DNA of 61,711 bases, counting the filler, from Choristocarpus tenellus KU-1152 (Eukaryota > Protista > Phaeophyceae): NCBI GenBank assembly GCA_964200185.2. It is 12 parts of 12 records of this genome, joined end to end, with 100 filler letters (N's around TTAATTAATTAA, not from the genome) between each part and the next. Parts side by side here need not be neighbours in the genome. Positions count along the whole stretch, not along the records: positions 4,450 to 14,579 come from CAXNAD020003135.1; positions 14,680 to 17,458 come from CAXNAD020024821.1; positions 17,559 to 20,350 come from CAXNAD020024716.1; positions 20,451 to 24,199 come from CAXNAD020018169.1; positions 24,300 to 27,294 come from CAXNAD020023056.1; 7 more parts are not named here. One strand, given 5' to 3'. Position numbers and translations under genes: made by a program. Positions 13,200 to 24,925 of the stretch are shown piece by piece (the first letter of the stretch is position 1; each line of letters starts with the position of its first letter). The notes below the pieces were generated by a model, which was not told where the DNA came from, made no database searches, and saw nothing but the letters and a program-made list of their open reading frames with translations.

Positions 13200-14312
13200 T
13201 ATTAGCATCGACAACTTCATGGTGGAAAGCTCTGACCATCTCAGAATACAGAGCAGTGCAATTCCTTCGAGAGGTGGTGATTCAAGTGGTGGGTGATAGG
13301 AGGACTGGGGATTTCAAGAGGGAGTAGCAAAGGCACGTCTGTATCAGAATGTGTTCATCATGGTGCAGGTAGAAATTTCAAGGTATGCCATCCACATTGA
13401 ACTAGAGGCACTGGGCCAGTGGGTGAGGCAGGAATTGTGGGATTCCCTCTTGAATCTAGACTGCATTGATAGTTCCAGTCCAGGAGTGGTTTCAGCTGCA
13501 TGTTTTGCCATATCTTTCTTGGTTGTTTTCAGATCAAGTAGTATGATTTATTGGAGATTCCTGATGTGGTCGGAAATATTTTCTAGTTTTCAAATATTGA
13601 CAACTAATGGTTGGTGTATTGGAAGGCCTTTGTTATAAGCAACACAAAGTCTGCTGTTATGTTTGTTGCATTTTCTGCCATGTATGTTGCTTCTTGCCCT
13701 CCTCATGGCAACATCCGCAAACTGTCACAGAGCATTTACTATTTGTCTACACCTTTGGAACAAGTGGGAAGAAGTTTAGCCCACATAATATTTGTATGCA
13801 TGTGACGTCATATAGGGTAAGTCTCTAGGCATCAAAAGAGAGGCGTACAAACAGACTGACAAGTTGGTTTAGCTTGAGAGCACCATGAGTGACGCAGCGG
13901 GAAGCACCATTAAGATCAGCTGAAGGATTCAGAGAGCTTGAAGTTACTCTCACAAGTGCAGCCAAGTGTGGTTTATGATAGGACCTCAGGTTATTGGTTG
14001 AGCTTATGATTTGAATGCTCGAGTCTGAGGATCCAGAAAGCCTTGAATTGTTTTCGCAAATACAGGCAAGTGCTTTATGACTGGACCTCAGGTGTATCAC
14101 TAGGGCTTACGATATGAATGCTCAAGTCTCAGGTGCTTGAAGTTTTGTTATATGGTTGCATGGCGTGGACACTCTGCCAGGTCCAGTACCTCGAGGTTCA
14201 TTTGCATCGCAACAAATACCTCCTCCTTTGGATTGGATTGTGCGAACAGAAACATATCGATCATGTCCTCTCTATACAAGATGCTCTTGTGGAGACTGAG
14301 TCTGGGAGTGTG
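13200..14312 (+). mobile_element. Degenerate RTE-clade LINE (RT to C-terminal region)
   Basis: LKSQVLEVLLYGCMAWT...LLLWIG...HVLSIQDALVETESGS at 14121-14310 matches RTE 'LKAEV.E.LLYGC.TW...LLR..G...H.LSY.DAL..T..ES'. The upstream part is badly decayed, so the 5' bound is approximate. Confidence 0.65.
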
Positions 14313-14335
14313 ATAATAATAACAATAATAATAAC

Positions 14336-14394
<59 letters not shown>

Positions 14395-14419
14395 TAATAA
14401 TAACAACAACAACAACAAC

Positions 14420-14459
<40 letters not shown>
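14313..14459. repeat. (AAT)n/(AAC)n microsatellite
   Basis: About 49 trinucleotide units; the source of the poly-I and poly-L pseudo-ORFs. Confidence 0.97.
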
Positions 14460-14679
14460 GTCTTCTCCTGGACATCACCTTCGCAGAGGTACAGGCCACC
14501 TCCCAACTCACCCATTCACCCGCCAGCAATGGTGTAGCTGCTGCTGCAGCCGAGGCGCGAAAGTGCACCCACTACGAGGNNNNNNNNNNNNNNNNNNNNN
14601 NNNNNNNNNNNNNNNNNNNNNNNTTAATTAATTAANNNNNNNNNNNNNNNNNNNNNNNNNNNNNNNNNNNNNNNNNNNN

Positions 14680-14839
14680 GGGGGGGGGGGCTACACCAGG
14701 GTGTCCATTTGGGGCAAAATCAGGGAAAGTGTATTTACATTATCCATCCGACGCATGCAACGAAACCGCCCAAAAATTGCGACATGAAAAAATTGACCCC
14801 AAATGGACAGCTGCCATCCCCCCCCAGATAGTTTGAGTC
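14680..14839 (+). mobile_element. MITE family B copy (~170 bp, poly-G/poly-C inside the TIRs); left end lost in the gap
   Basis: Gn-CTACACCAGGGTGTCCATTTGGGG...CCCCAAATGGACAGCTGCC-Cn-AGATAGTTTGAGTC. Matches 41284-41478 and 52346-52517. Confidence 0.85.
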
Positions 14840-15150
14840 ATTACATTGCTCTGGAAACATCTGTCTGTGCAACATGAATACAGACTAAGTTCAATTTATC
14901 ATATCCCACAACCTTCTAAATGGCATGTGGCAGCAACAATGTAGTTGGACAACTTCATCTCAGCCACACTTGGAAAATCCGATATTTTGCTCAAGGACAA
15001 CATCTGTATGCATGCATTGCAACCATTTTTTCATGCAGATATCTAGGCTATCAGATGCATGTGAAGAATAGGGTAGTGGTATTATTTTGAATATAATGGC
15101 AAGGTATTTGGTTTTAAAAAGGGAAGATTTTCCTCTCCCACTCTCCTACC

Positions 15151-15409
15151 GAGCCAAATAATCTTAGAGGGTAGAACTGCATCCATTTGGGGGTCAAATA
15201 TAATGTTGCGATTTTGATGTAATTTTGGCTACCGTGTTTGTTAGGAAGTGTCAATATCTACGTTTCAGACATACCTTTTCATAACGTATACATTTTACCT
15301 ACTCCTAACCATTATGTAGTAGGAAAATGTCATGAAAAAAAAACATGGGAAGCCAAGCCCCAAATGGACAAACAGGGCAAAATTCGTACCCTCTAAGATA
15401 CTTCCACTC
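15151..15409 (+). mobile_element. MITE family A copy with perfect 4-bp TSD TACC
   Basis: Full-length copy; TACC at 15147-15150 and 15410-15413. Confidence 0.9.
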
Positions 15410-15791
15410 TACCCCCTTTCCCAGTTGACTACAAAACATTTCCCAGATTAAGCATGATGCGAATACCCATTTTCCACTGATGCAACTACTGGACTATGAA
15501 CACAATGAGATTACGACAATTTCCCAGAAAAATCAGAAGCAGCACTGTGCGTCATTCCCAGGGAGGTTAAGTGTCTGCAATTTCTCAGCCTACACAGAAA
15601 AAACAATGCCATTTCTGCAAAAGGACTGATAGAGATCACATCCCGGGCCGTCCAGACTACAACATACGATACACTCTGAGTTGTTCAAGGCAGATGCAAT
15701 GGATTGCCACTGAATGCATGGTGTGAAAAGGTCGGATACATGCTTTGCTGTAGAAGAACTCAGATAAACAGTAGGGAAGGGCAGCGAGCAC

Positions 15792-15962
15792 CTCTGCTAT
15801 TCCAAACTCTGTTAGCCAGGATATTTCATCTCCCTCAAATGTCGTGAGCCAGTGCCACATACACCCCAGGATATGTGCAATGTATGTCATGTAAAGCAGC
15901 ATCTTGCCCAGGCTGAAGATGCTGGGGTTCAGGCTGCTGTCCTTCTCTGTGTTACCGATGAA
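15792..15962 (-). CDS. Internal exon of a cyclic-nucleotide-binding-domain voltage-gated K+ channel (EAG/KCNH/HCN-like), S4-S5 linker and S5
   Basis: TAG acceptor, 57 codons FIGNTEKDSSLNPSIFSLGKMLLYMTYIAHILGCMWHWLTTFEGDEISWLTEFGIAE, GT donor. 'L.KM....IAH..GC.W....SW' is the S5 signature of this family. Confidence 0.75.
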
Positions 15963-16331
15963 CTACAGGATTTTTTTTTTCCAGTGCAGGCATCATAGGT
16001 AGATGGAATGGAGTGGGGGAAAAGTACTCAGATATCAGAGTTGGTCGATTGGAACTAAGATAGTATCTGAAGCTGTCGTGTTGTATGTGTAAAATTGCTC
16101 AAACCTTCCTACCAAGATCCCAGTAGAGGAACACAGGCTGAGCTCACAAGATACATGGGTAGATTGACACTCTACTACTACATCTGTTTCCCCACAGTAT
16201 ACTGTGCAAAAAATATGCTGCAGCAGTTCCTCTTCTGTGACCTGACAGGGAGATCTGCCATGCCCTTGTGTATCCCCTCTCCATACAACATTCACTCCTA
16301 CAACGAACACTGTTATTTATTCCTCCCATCT

Positions 16332-16608
16332 GACCCACAGTATCCTAGAAGGGGGAAAGGGGGGTATAGACCAGGCCGCCCATTTGGGGCTTGACGGGGT
16401 GAGTAAAACATCCCAGCTTGATGCCCGTTTTGCAATTGATTTTCGTTTGGATTTGATCCAGTCAGGGGGGTGGAAAATGAAAGGTACATCCAGAAGAAGG
16501 AAATTATCCTTAAACTTGACACTTACATGACATCAAAGTCACTATATATATATATATCACAAAGGCCCCAAATAGACGCCTGAGCCCCCCTCTGAGATAC
16601 TGTGGGCC
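16332..16608. mobile_element. MITE family C
   Basis: GACCCACAGTATC...GATACTGTGGGCC ends, subterminal CCATTTGGGG/CCCCAAATAG, flanks ATCT/ACCT. Confidence 0.75.
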
Positions 16609-17059
16609 ACCTGCCACCGAGATCCAGAGCATTGACAACGGAAACTGTCAAGATCAGCCACAGCAAGCACCACTTCCTATTCTACCACCCCCAACAAGTA
16701 TGCATCAATACTGCCCACAATGTATCTTGCTGCACCTCCCTAAGCCCTGCCATTCCTAGGCACTCCCCCTTCCCCCTAGCCCCTGCTGCCCCAGGCCAAG
16801 CAATATCGTCTCCTCACTTCAAGATATTTGAATATTTTGATCTACTTTTATTGGAGTTTATTTCAAAGCCCCCTTCTTTCTACTTGAAAAGAAGGTAAAT
16901 ATGACACCTGAGCTTGATGGTACAACCTGAAAAGCTGGGATGTTGGAAGATTCGTACAAACACCATGTCGCTATAAATACTAACCCTACTCAATACGATA
17001 ACTTACTGATATTATCTACTAGCACGGGGACGGGTGGGGAGATTTCGTGGTATCGTCTT

Positions 17060-17344
17060 GAGCCAAAGTAAACGAGAGATACCCAGATTTTGGTCTTTTT
17101 GCAATTTAACTCTGGTTTTAATATTTTCAATTCACCCTTTATATTTCTCCGGAAGAAGTTCTAAGTTGGATTTTGTGAGCGATTATTTCTCTATTCTTTG
17201 AAACCTTTCGGACATGATTCAGAAAAAAAATATCCTATTCTATGCAACTCTGAAAAAAAAAAAATGACGATTTTTATTTTTCGCATTTATTTTTCAGCAT
17301 CCTTAAAAATGCAACTCTGCTAGGTACCTCTCGTTTACTTCATC
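17060..17344. mobile_element. MITE family D copy
   Basis: GAGCCAAAGTAAACGAGAGATACC...GGTACCTCTCGTTTACTTCATC inverted ends. Confidence 0.75.
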
Positions 17345-17558
17345 ATGGTGTCTTCGTTCTAAGGCAGAGGCAAGACAAACCTCAGATATCGCGTCCAGTA
17401 TATAAATTGCGCAATCAAATAACAAATACTGGGTCAAAGTATCTTGGGGAGGGGGGGGNNNNNNNNNNNNNNNNNNNNNNNNNNNNNNNNNNNNNNNNNN
17501 NNTTAATTAATTAANNNNNNNNNNNNNNNNNNNNNNNNNNNNNNNNNNNNNNNNNNNN

Positions 17559-19454
17559 CATGGGGGGACGCCTGGAAGGAGGGAACCACTGACTGGTGTT
17601 GTGGGGAAGCGCATGGATCTCCAGGATCAACTTCACTGCTGTCTGAGGTGCCGTTAGCATCAACATCCCTGTCACCATCCTCATTGTCCTCACTGTTGCA
17701 TGTAGTTGGCAAGGCACTGGGGATAGAAAGGACAAAGGAGGAGTGAACATGTCAGGCCACACGGGTGTCAGGTTTACAAATGGTTTCATATGTTCCACGC
17801 CTACTGTATTTGTCTGAGGAGGGAGGACCGGTGATGATGTCAAGGGACATTCTGCACTCTATTTCTTTATCAGAGAAGGGGGTAGAATGTGACACAAAGG
17901 GGCTACAAGTGTTTCAATAGGTGTATTCTTTAAGGACAGAACTCAACATACACAGGAATCAGAAATCTTCGGACAACAAAATCTGTAGGCTCTTTGCCGT
18001 CTCAAGAACCTTCTCAGGATCAAACAGGATACACCTTCTACTATCTTGGTACATATGAATGCCTACAAACTGCATGATACAGTAGTGTGTAAATTTAATT
18101 TCAAATGATTTAGAACTTTTCCAAAACATCGTTTCCAACATCTGTGCTCAGTCTTCTCAAACCCTTGGTCAAAGTTTGTAAACCAGAGGAAGCATCAAAT
18201 GGAAGTAATACGATATAAGAAGATGCAATGAATGCAAACAGGGGACTAACCGGGAAACTTATTACAATAATGGAGAGGTCCATCCATCACACGAACCTAT
18301 CCATGCCAGAAATCAACAAGTAGAGTGTAGACAATTATCATTTTACAGTTTTTGGGAGGACCAATCAAAACACTGAAGATGGAGCAGTATGTTCGTGTAA
18401 TGAGGACTGACTGTCAAGGATGCCATCTAAAGCAACAACAAACAACAAAACACAACATGTACATAATGCACCTACTCTGTGAAACAAAATGCTGCTGCTG
18501 TCACGCACAATCCACTACAAAAACCACAACACCATTCCCAAACCCTCCCTCCCCCCTCCCCCTATGCGGCAAAGGAATGATCACAGTGCCTTGTCTGGCA
18601 TCTCTTACTCAGCTCACCTTCCAACCCCGTCTTTGTTCGCCTTGGAAGCTTCCTCCAAAAGCTCTTTGGCCCTCCCTGACCTTTCTACCTCCTTCAGCAC
18701 TGCCTGAAGATGTTGATTCCTCAACCTTTCATAGGGGTCAGGAGCAGCTTTGGTGGTGTTGCTGGGTGCTGCACGAGGCTTATGTATGGCACCCTTTGCA
18801 TCTTCCACCTGCAACAAAACAAACACACACAAACAAGCGACGTACATGAAACCTCTCTTCTCACAATATTTCTAGAAAATAGGTCAAATGTGATAGTCAC
18901 TACTAATTCAACAGTCACAGGAGAGTCTCTCCCGTTGACCATTGTAACACAGTTCAGTGGTGTACACCTAGCAGGCATCTACTCCAAACTGAAGAAAAAA
19001 AACCCACCCGAAATCATGCCATAATCTCATCCCCAGAAAACAACACACAAACACACAGCCCTACCACAGAGGAACTGGGGAGGTAGCGTGAAGGTAAAAA
19101 ACAACACTCAAAACACCGCCGAGCTGGTCTCCCTACAGCAGTGTAGCTACCACAGGCAAAAGAAGGTAGGACATGAGGATACATATATCTCACAGTCCCC
19201 ACACTCACCAGCTTCCCATCCCTGGTAAAGTTGGTAACAGCATTTTCTCCAAAGTGCTCCATTGCCGCCTGGTCATATGCTGCGGCAGCTTCTTCTTCAG
19301 TCTTGAACCCCCCCAAGCTCTTCTTTTTCCCCTCAACAGAGATGCGTGCCAGCCACCTGTGTCCACTGAGGCAAACCCCACGGTATTTTGACTTACCATA
19401 GGATCTCCCGCTGCTCTCAGAGGTCTCCTTACCTCCTGTGGTCCCCTCTTTCCC
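17559..19454 (-). CDS. AP2/ERF DNA-binding domain protein, partial; exons 19454-19209, 18808-18618, 17716-17559
   Basis: [55 protein letters not shown] is a canonical AP2 domain. All exons have AG/GT bounds and compatible phases (0, 2). Truncated by the contig end. Confidence 0.85.
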
Positions 19455-20957
19455 CTGTGTAATGCCACCCCCCCCCAAACAACACCATTCAATCACAAAA
19501 AAAACAACGGTATCAGGAAAGGAAAGTGTGAAATTCTAAGGTCCTGTCTAACTCAAGCTGGCTTTGCTTCAGTCAATTTCGAAATTGCACTCCATCCACC
19601 AGGCTACTCCACAATAAACACTAGACACCTGTTCCTCTATCTATGTATCTATGATAATAGATACAGTATAACCCTTACACTGCATCCCTCTTTAGTTCTG
19701 AAAAAAATGCATAACACTCAAGAGGCAGTTGTAGCCTTTGCACCCCCCCCCAGCAGTTCCATGCAACGGATAAGTTATGTTACTGGTTTGTAGAACTGAA
19801 ACAGTTTTCTTTAACGGTAATTTATCATTGGCAAAAAAAAACAGAGTGCCCAGAGCACTTGTTGAGCACCATTTAAGTATCTGCCAGGTACAAACAAAAC
19901 AATATTTTTTGTCAGTCATCCCGAAGGTGATGGAAATATAAGAAAAAAGAAAGCAACCACACAATGCTCTCATCTAGAACACTACATCCATACCCAGCCT
20001 TCAACCTCCAACCTACCTAGACAGACACACACAAAAAAGGACCGACAACATGGCAGCAGCATCAACACTTGACCAAGAGCATTTGCTTTGTCTCTATAAC
20101 TAGAACAGATGACAAAGAATTTTTCTTAACTTCCCTGCTACTCCGGTGGACATTTTTGAAAGACATACTCACAGAGTAGCAATACATCAATGCTATGGTA
20201 CTAGACATAGGACTATGACTAATGATACAAGCAAGCCTCACGCACACACACACAAAAACAATAAATCATTTAGTCCTTGATCAAGTGCTACAACCCCCAA
20301 AACAAAAAAAAAAAACAGGATGTGTTTGCCATACAACTAGCTCCTCCCCTNNNNNNNNNNNNNNNNNNNNNNNNNNNNNNNNNNNNNNNNNNNNTTAATT
20401 AATTAANNNNNNNNNNNNNNNNNNNNNNNNNNNNNNNNNNNNNNNNNNNNCTTGTGGGCGGGAGGTGGGGGGGGCTGCATGCAATACAGTCCCTGCTTCC
20501 CTGAACAAAGACAAAGACCACTGCCTGTACAACTGCCGATGCAATTTTTCTGATGGAATGCTGGTACAATCGCCTCTGAAAAGCTTAACCAACATGCTCA
20601 AGCTTAACCTTGCTGATTCCGCATTGGCCATAGACATAGGAATCAGAACATTGAGTTGTTTTTTTTCCAACTTTCTTGATAACTAAGTTTGTTTATGCTC
20701 TGCCTGCATGCCCGCAGCTCTTTTCCCTCCTCACTCTTGCAGCCTCTTACCTAAGTTTATTCCGCAGTGCTCCACCCCCAAATGAACTTAGTATTCTTTT
20801 GAGTTTTACATCCCGTTGCTATTCTTGAACCTAGTCCGGTAACCGCTAGTATGTGCCATTGCTTCCTCTCGATTGTGTCTCCTTTTTGCATTTTAGTCTT
20901 TTTTTCCCCTCTTGTTTTTTATTATTTTTTCCTTCTGTTTTTTCCTTGCTCTTGCAG

Positions 20958-21039
20958 GCAACGAATGATTGCCTCCCCCAAGGCCATGAAGAAGGGTCCC
21001 ATGGGTGTGCTTGGCCTCCTCAAGGGTCTCAAGTTCAAG
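20958..21039 (+). CDS. Internal exon of an unknown protein (QRMIASPKAMKKGPMGVLGLLKGLKFK); possibly continues at ~22243-22290 (DLKPETPAIANYTTGE)
   Basis: Strong polypyrimidine tract and TTGCAG acceptor, AAG|GTGAGG donor, coding-like GC3. Family not recognised. Confidence 0.5.
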
Positions 21040-21897
21040 GTGAGGGAAGAGGGTCACAGAGCATAATGGAACAATAGGCGTGGGTGGACAGGGGTTAGGG
21101 TTAGGAGCAGGTGGGGACACGTAACCAGAAGACATGGCAGAGGTATATTTTCATTTTCTGACATACGCGATGGCAGATAGTCTTGAGGATTGCATCGTGA
21201 TAGTCATGAGGATTGCATCATGATAACCATTGCCACCGCCTTACTTATCCAAAAAGGTTTCCTTGAATAGGCTGCTTAGTGTAGACCAGAAAGGATGGTG
21301 GTGGGGAATAAAGCATTCTCATTTATTGCCACACGTTGGTGACAAGTATTATGAAATGTTCACGTCCTTGGTTGGCATACGTTCAGGTTGGTAGCATCAT
21401 CTGTGATGGTACCATCATTTGTGGACATTACAAAAACATTAGCCAACCTCAGGAATAGAGAAGAGGAAAACAGTTCTTTCACCTATACTACTTCCTGTTG
21501 AGAACCTCAAGAGTGTACCTTGAAGATATCATATGTTGAAGGAAAAGAGTGCAATTTCAAACTATTCATATCCTAATGTACATTAACAAAGGCATTTTTT
21601 TTTAAACTCCAGTTTTTCTTTTTTTTCTGGCATGAATTATTATGAAAATCTCTATACCCCTTACAGGTGGACAGTCGGTGAAGTGTGGTATAGTCAGTGA
21701 TGGGGCAATCCGTGCATTTGTCATGCTCATTCCAAGTACAGTCTTCTCTGCACCTGTTTGTGTCTGTTGACTGTGGTTTGTACATGATTTGAAATAACTG
21801 GGATGCAAGTGTCAATGTGACTGATGTGTCAAGCAAGAACGTAGGTTGGAAGGTACAAGCAATAGACACACAGGAAAGAAAAGAATGCTCTTCATTC

Positions 21898-22033
21898 AAT
21901 AACCTCACTATTATATTCAATATCCTCAATATTATATTCAATATATACCCTCACTATTATATTCAATAACCTCAATATTATATTCAATATATACCCTCAC
22001 TATTATATTCAATAACCTCACTATTATATTCAG
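21898..22033. repeat. AT-rich minisatellite, 21/25-bp units (AATAACCTCACTATTATATTC) x6
   Basis: Direct reading; two unit-length variants. Confidence 0.9.
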
Positions 22034-24925
22034 TATTCGGTAACCTCTGTTCAACATTCAAGCGGATGATCCTCTAACAATGCCTCCACAGCGATTGTAA
22101 CCATGTCTCGTTTTGTCCCCTTTCCTCTCCCCTTTCCTCTCCCCTTTCCTCTCCCCTTTCCTCACCGATTCCTCACTCCTGGTGGTTTGTTCTTGTCGAT
22201 TTTTGTTATGGTTGCACTGGTGGGTTGTCACTTTCAATTCAGGACCTCAAGCCAGAAACACCTGCAATTGCCAACTACACCACGGGGGAGGTCATGGGAA
22301 ACAGCAGTGATAGACTCTCGGGCAGGTAGTCATGGGAAACAGCATATTCTGTTTTGACTATATTAGTTTTATCCTTTCTTCTTTTTTTTTGGGGGGGGGG
22401 GTAGGGGTCGATTCTTGGTTTAGAGTTGTGGTCAGGTTTAGGGTTGGGTTTTAAATATATAATTTGGACTGAAGTGAGGCATCTACTTTGCTGTGCCTTT
22501 CAGTTGATGCTTGCTATGAAATGTCCATTGTTTTTTTTCCTGCATTTTCTAGTGCTATCTTGTTTTGTTCTATGCTTTTTGTGAGTGATTCCATGTAAGA
22601 GGGAGGTGCATTCAGTTTTAAGGGACCCAGCAATTTCTTAGAAACTGTGTTTTGAGCACTGTGGAGGACGCTTCCACCAGTGTGTTACAAACAATTGCTC
22701 TTCACTTCTCCTGTCACAACCTCTGTGAAGGAGGGTTAAGCACTATTTGTGTTTCAGGCATGGGCATGGTCTACATAGTGCTCAAGGTTCAAAAAAGGAC
22801 CTTGAACCCCCTAAAAGGGCAAGAATCAATACCCCTCTTATATGCTTTCACTCTGCACTTTTTATGTGGGCATTGATTGGTGGATGGAAAGAAGCTCGTT
22901 TCACAAATGATAAGTCAGGCCTAGTCATTGTAGCTACCCACTGCATCCCACCAATCGTTGATCTGTATCCTTTGGGAACAAGCCCTTCCTGCTCCACCCC
23001 CTCTGTGATCATGGCAGTTCACTCAGGACAAGCCCTTGTTGCTCTGCCAGGTCCCTAACATATAAGTTCTGGCTCACCACAAATGTCCCAGCCTTCTGGT
23101 TCCAATCCTGACCCTGCTCACCAAGTTCATGAGCTTCAGGTTCAGGTAGAACATGAAGGCTGGGATACTTGAGATGAAACAGAGGGTATATATCAGGAAC
23201 CTGTCAGAGCGACATGGGATTGGTATTACAAGACAATTAACAATGATACCAAAAGAGTGGAAAGGGGGAGACCTGTTCCAGATGGCTGCAGATCAATGAT
23301 TGGTGGGATACAGTTGGCGGCTATAATGACCAGTCAGGCCTGTTGTGTCTTTTTGAAAGGTGTATATGTATGTTTCTCTTTTTGTACTGATGCACCCATC
23401 CAAAGATCCTTTTATATGGAGAATCCTTACTTTGATCATCACCAACATTGACCAAGAACTTGGTGGGAAGTGAGATGAGACAAGGCAGGTCCTCCCCAGC
23501 ATATGTAGTTTGGACTGTGGCTCGCCCGATCACACCTCTGTGCATCTCTTCTGATGGTAATAATGGGTGTATCCATCTGGATTACTCCTCCATTCCATTC
23601 ACACTAATACCTCCCTTGAGATGTCAGTGCTCTTTAATGAGAAGTGTTAGCTAGCACGTTAGAGAAGCTGTTGCTTCCCAAAGACTTGTGTGCATTGATG
23701 TGTTGATCATTTTCTTGGTGGGCTGGAGAGGCTGTTGGGAAGAGGTCAAGGAATAAGCCTCTTGACCAGAGAAGGGGTCCCCTTGCCAGCACTTTGCTGA
23801 ACCACTCAATACCTACCACGCACTTTGCTGAACCCACCTCACTGACGATTTCCTACGATGTTTCTTACATTGTTTCTTGTTTCCTAAATAAACGCCTTCC
23901 TTTGTGCCTTTTTGTTTGTAACTGTTCCTAAACCAAGAGCAGTACCAGTGATTTGGTTCTTTTTTTTTATTCTACAATTCCCAAAACCATTTTTATCTTC
24001 TCTCAACTGTTTGCACATACTTTTCTATTACACAATAAAAAGAAGAAAGCATGTTCTCAACATTCGGCAATACCTCTCCTCACCGACCTTGGTTCTTGAT
24101 GCCTCATCTTTTTTGTTCGTGGGAAATGGGGGGTGGGATTGGGGGGGGGGGGGGGGGGGGGGGGTGTGAGAAGGCGGGGAGATCCAAGGGGGGTTTGTTN
24201 NNNNNNNNNNNNNNNNNNNNNNNNNNNNNNNNNNNNNNNNNNNTTAATTAATTAANNNNNNNNNNNNNNNNNNNNNNNNNNNNNNNNNNNNNNNNNNNNC
24301 TCCACCCCTCCCCTCCTCTCTTCTAATTTCAATAAAAAAAAAAAAAAAAAAGAAAAAGACTAGCCCACACACCACCCCCCCCCCCCCCCCCCCCCCCAAC
24401 TCAAAATGGAACATGAGGAGGACATCTGCAAAAAAAACAGAAAGAATACCAAAACTCGCCCGCACACACCTGTACTCATGCACATCGGCCAAAAACAATT
24501 ATATATATATATATATGTTGACATATACCACTCAAATAATTGAATCATTCACTATCACTATCACTACCACTACCATCTTCAAGAAGACAAGACAGAGAGG
24601 AATAGGCAGGTACACCTCAATCTAACCTGGACACAGCTAAATCAAGCAATGAGCAATTGTCTTTTTTCGAACAGACACACCTTCTACACCAACACAGTTC
24701 AACACAAGACCACCAAAGAACAAAACGCAACAACAACCAGGGCAGTAAAACCACAGCCTGAACCTTACGCCCTTGACAATCAACAACCGCACCAACACAG
24801 AGCTATCCACAATCCTGGCCAAAGAAGCACAACGACAACAACATTTACCCCTCTCCCTCCCCTCCCCTACCCACTCCACCCTCGCCTGACACCTCTACTG
24901 CCCAATCTGGCAGCACCTCACTGAC

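Noticed and set aside
14118-14568. Poly-I and poly-L ORFs as membrane proteins
   Set aside because: Translations of an (AAT)n microsatellite joined to a LINE relic.
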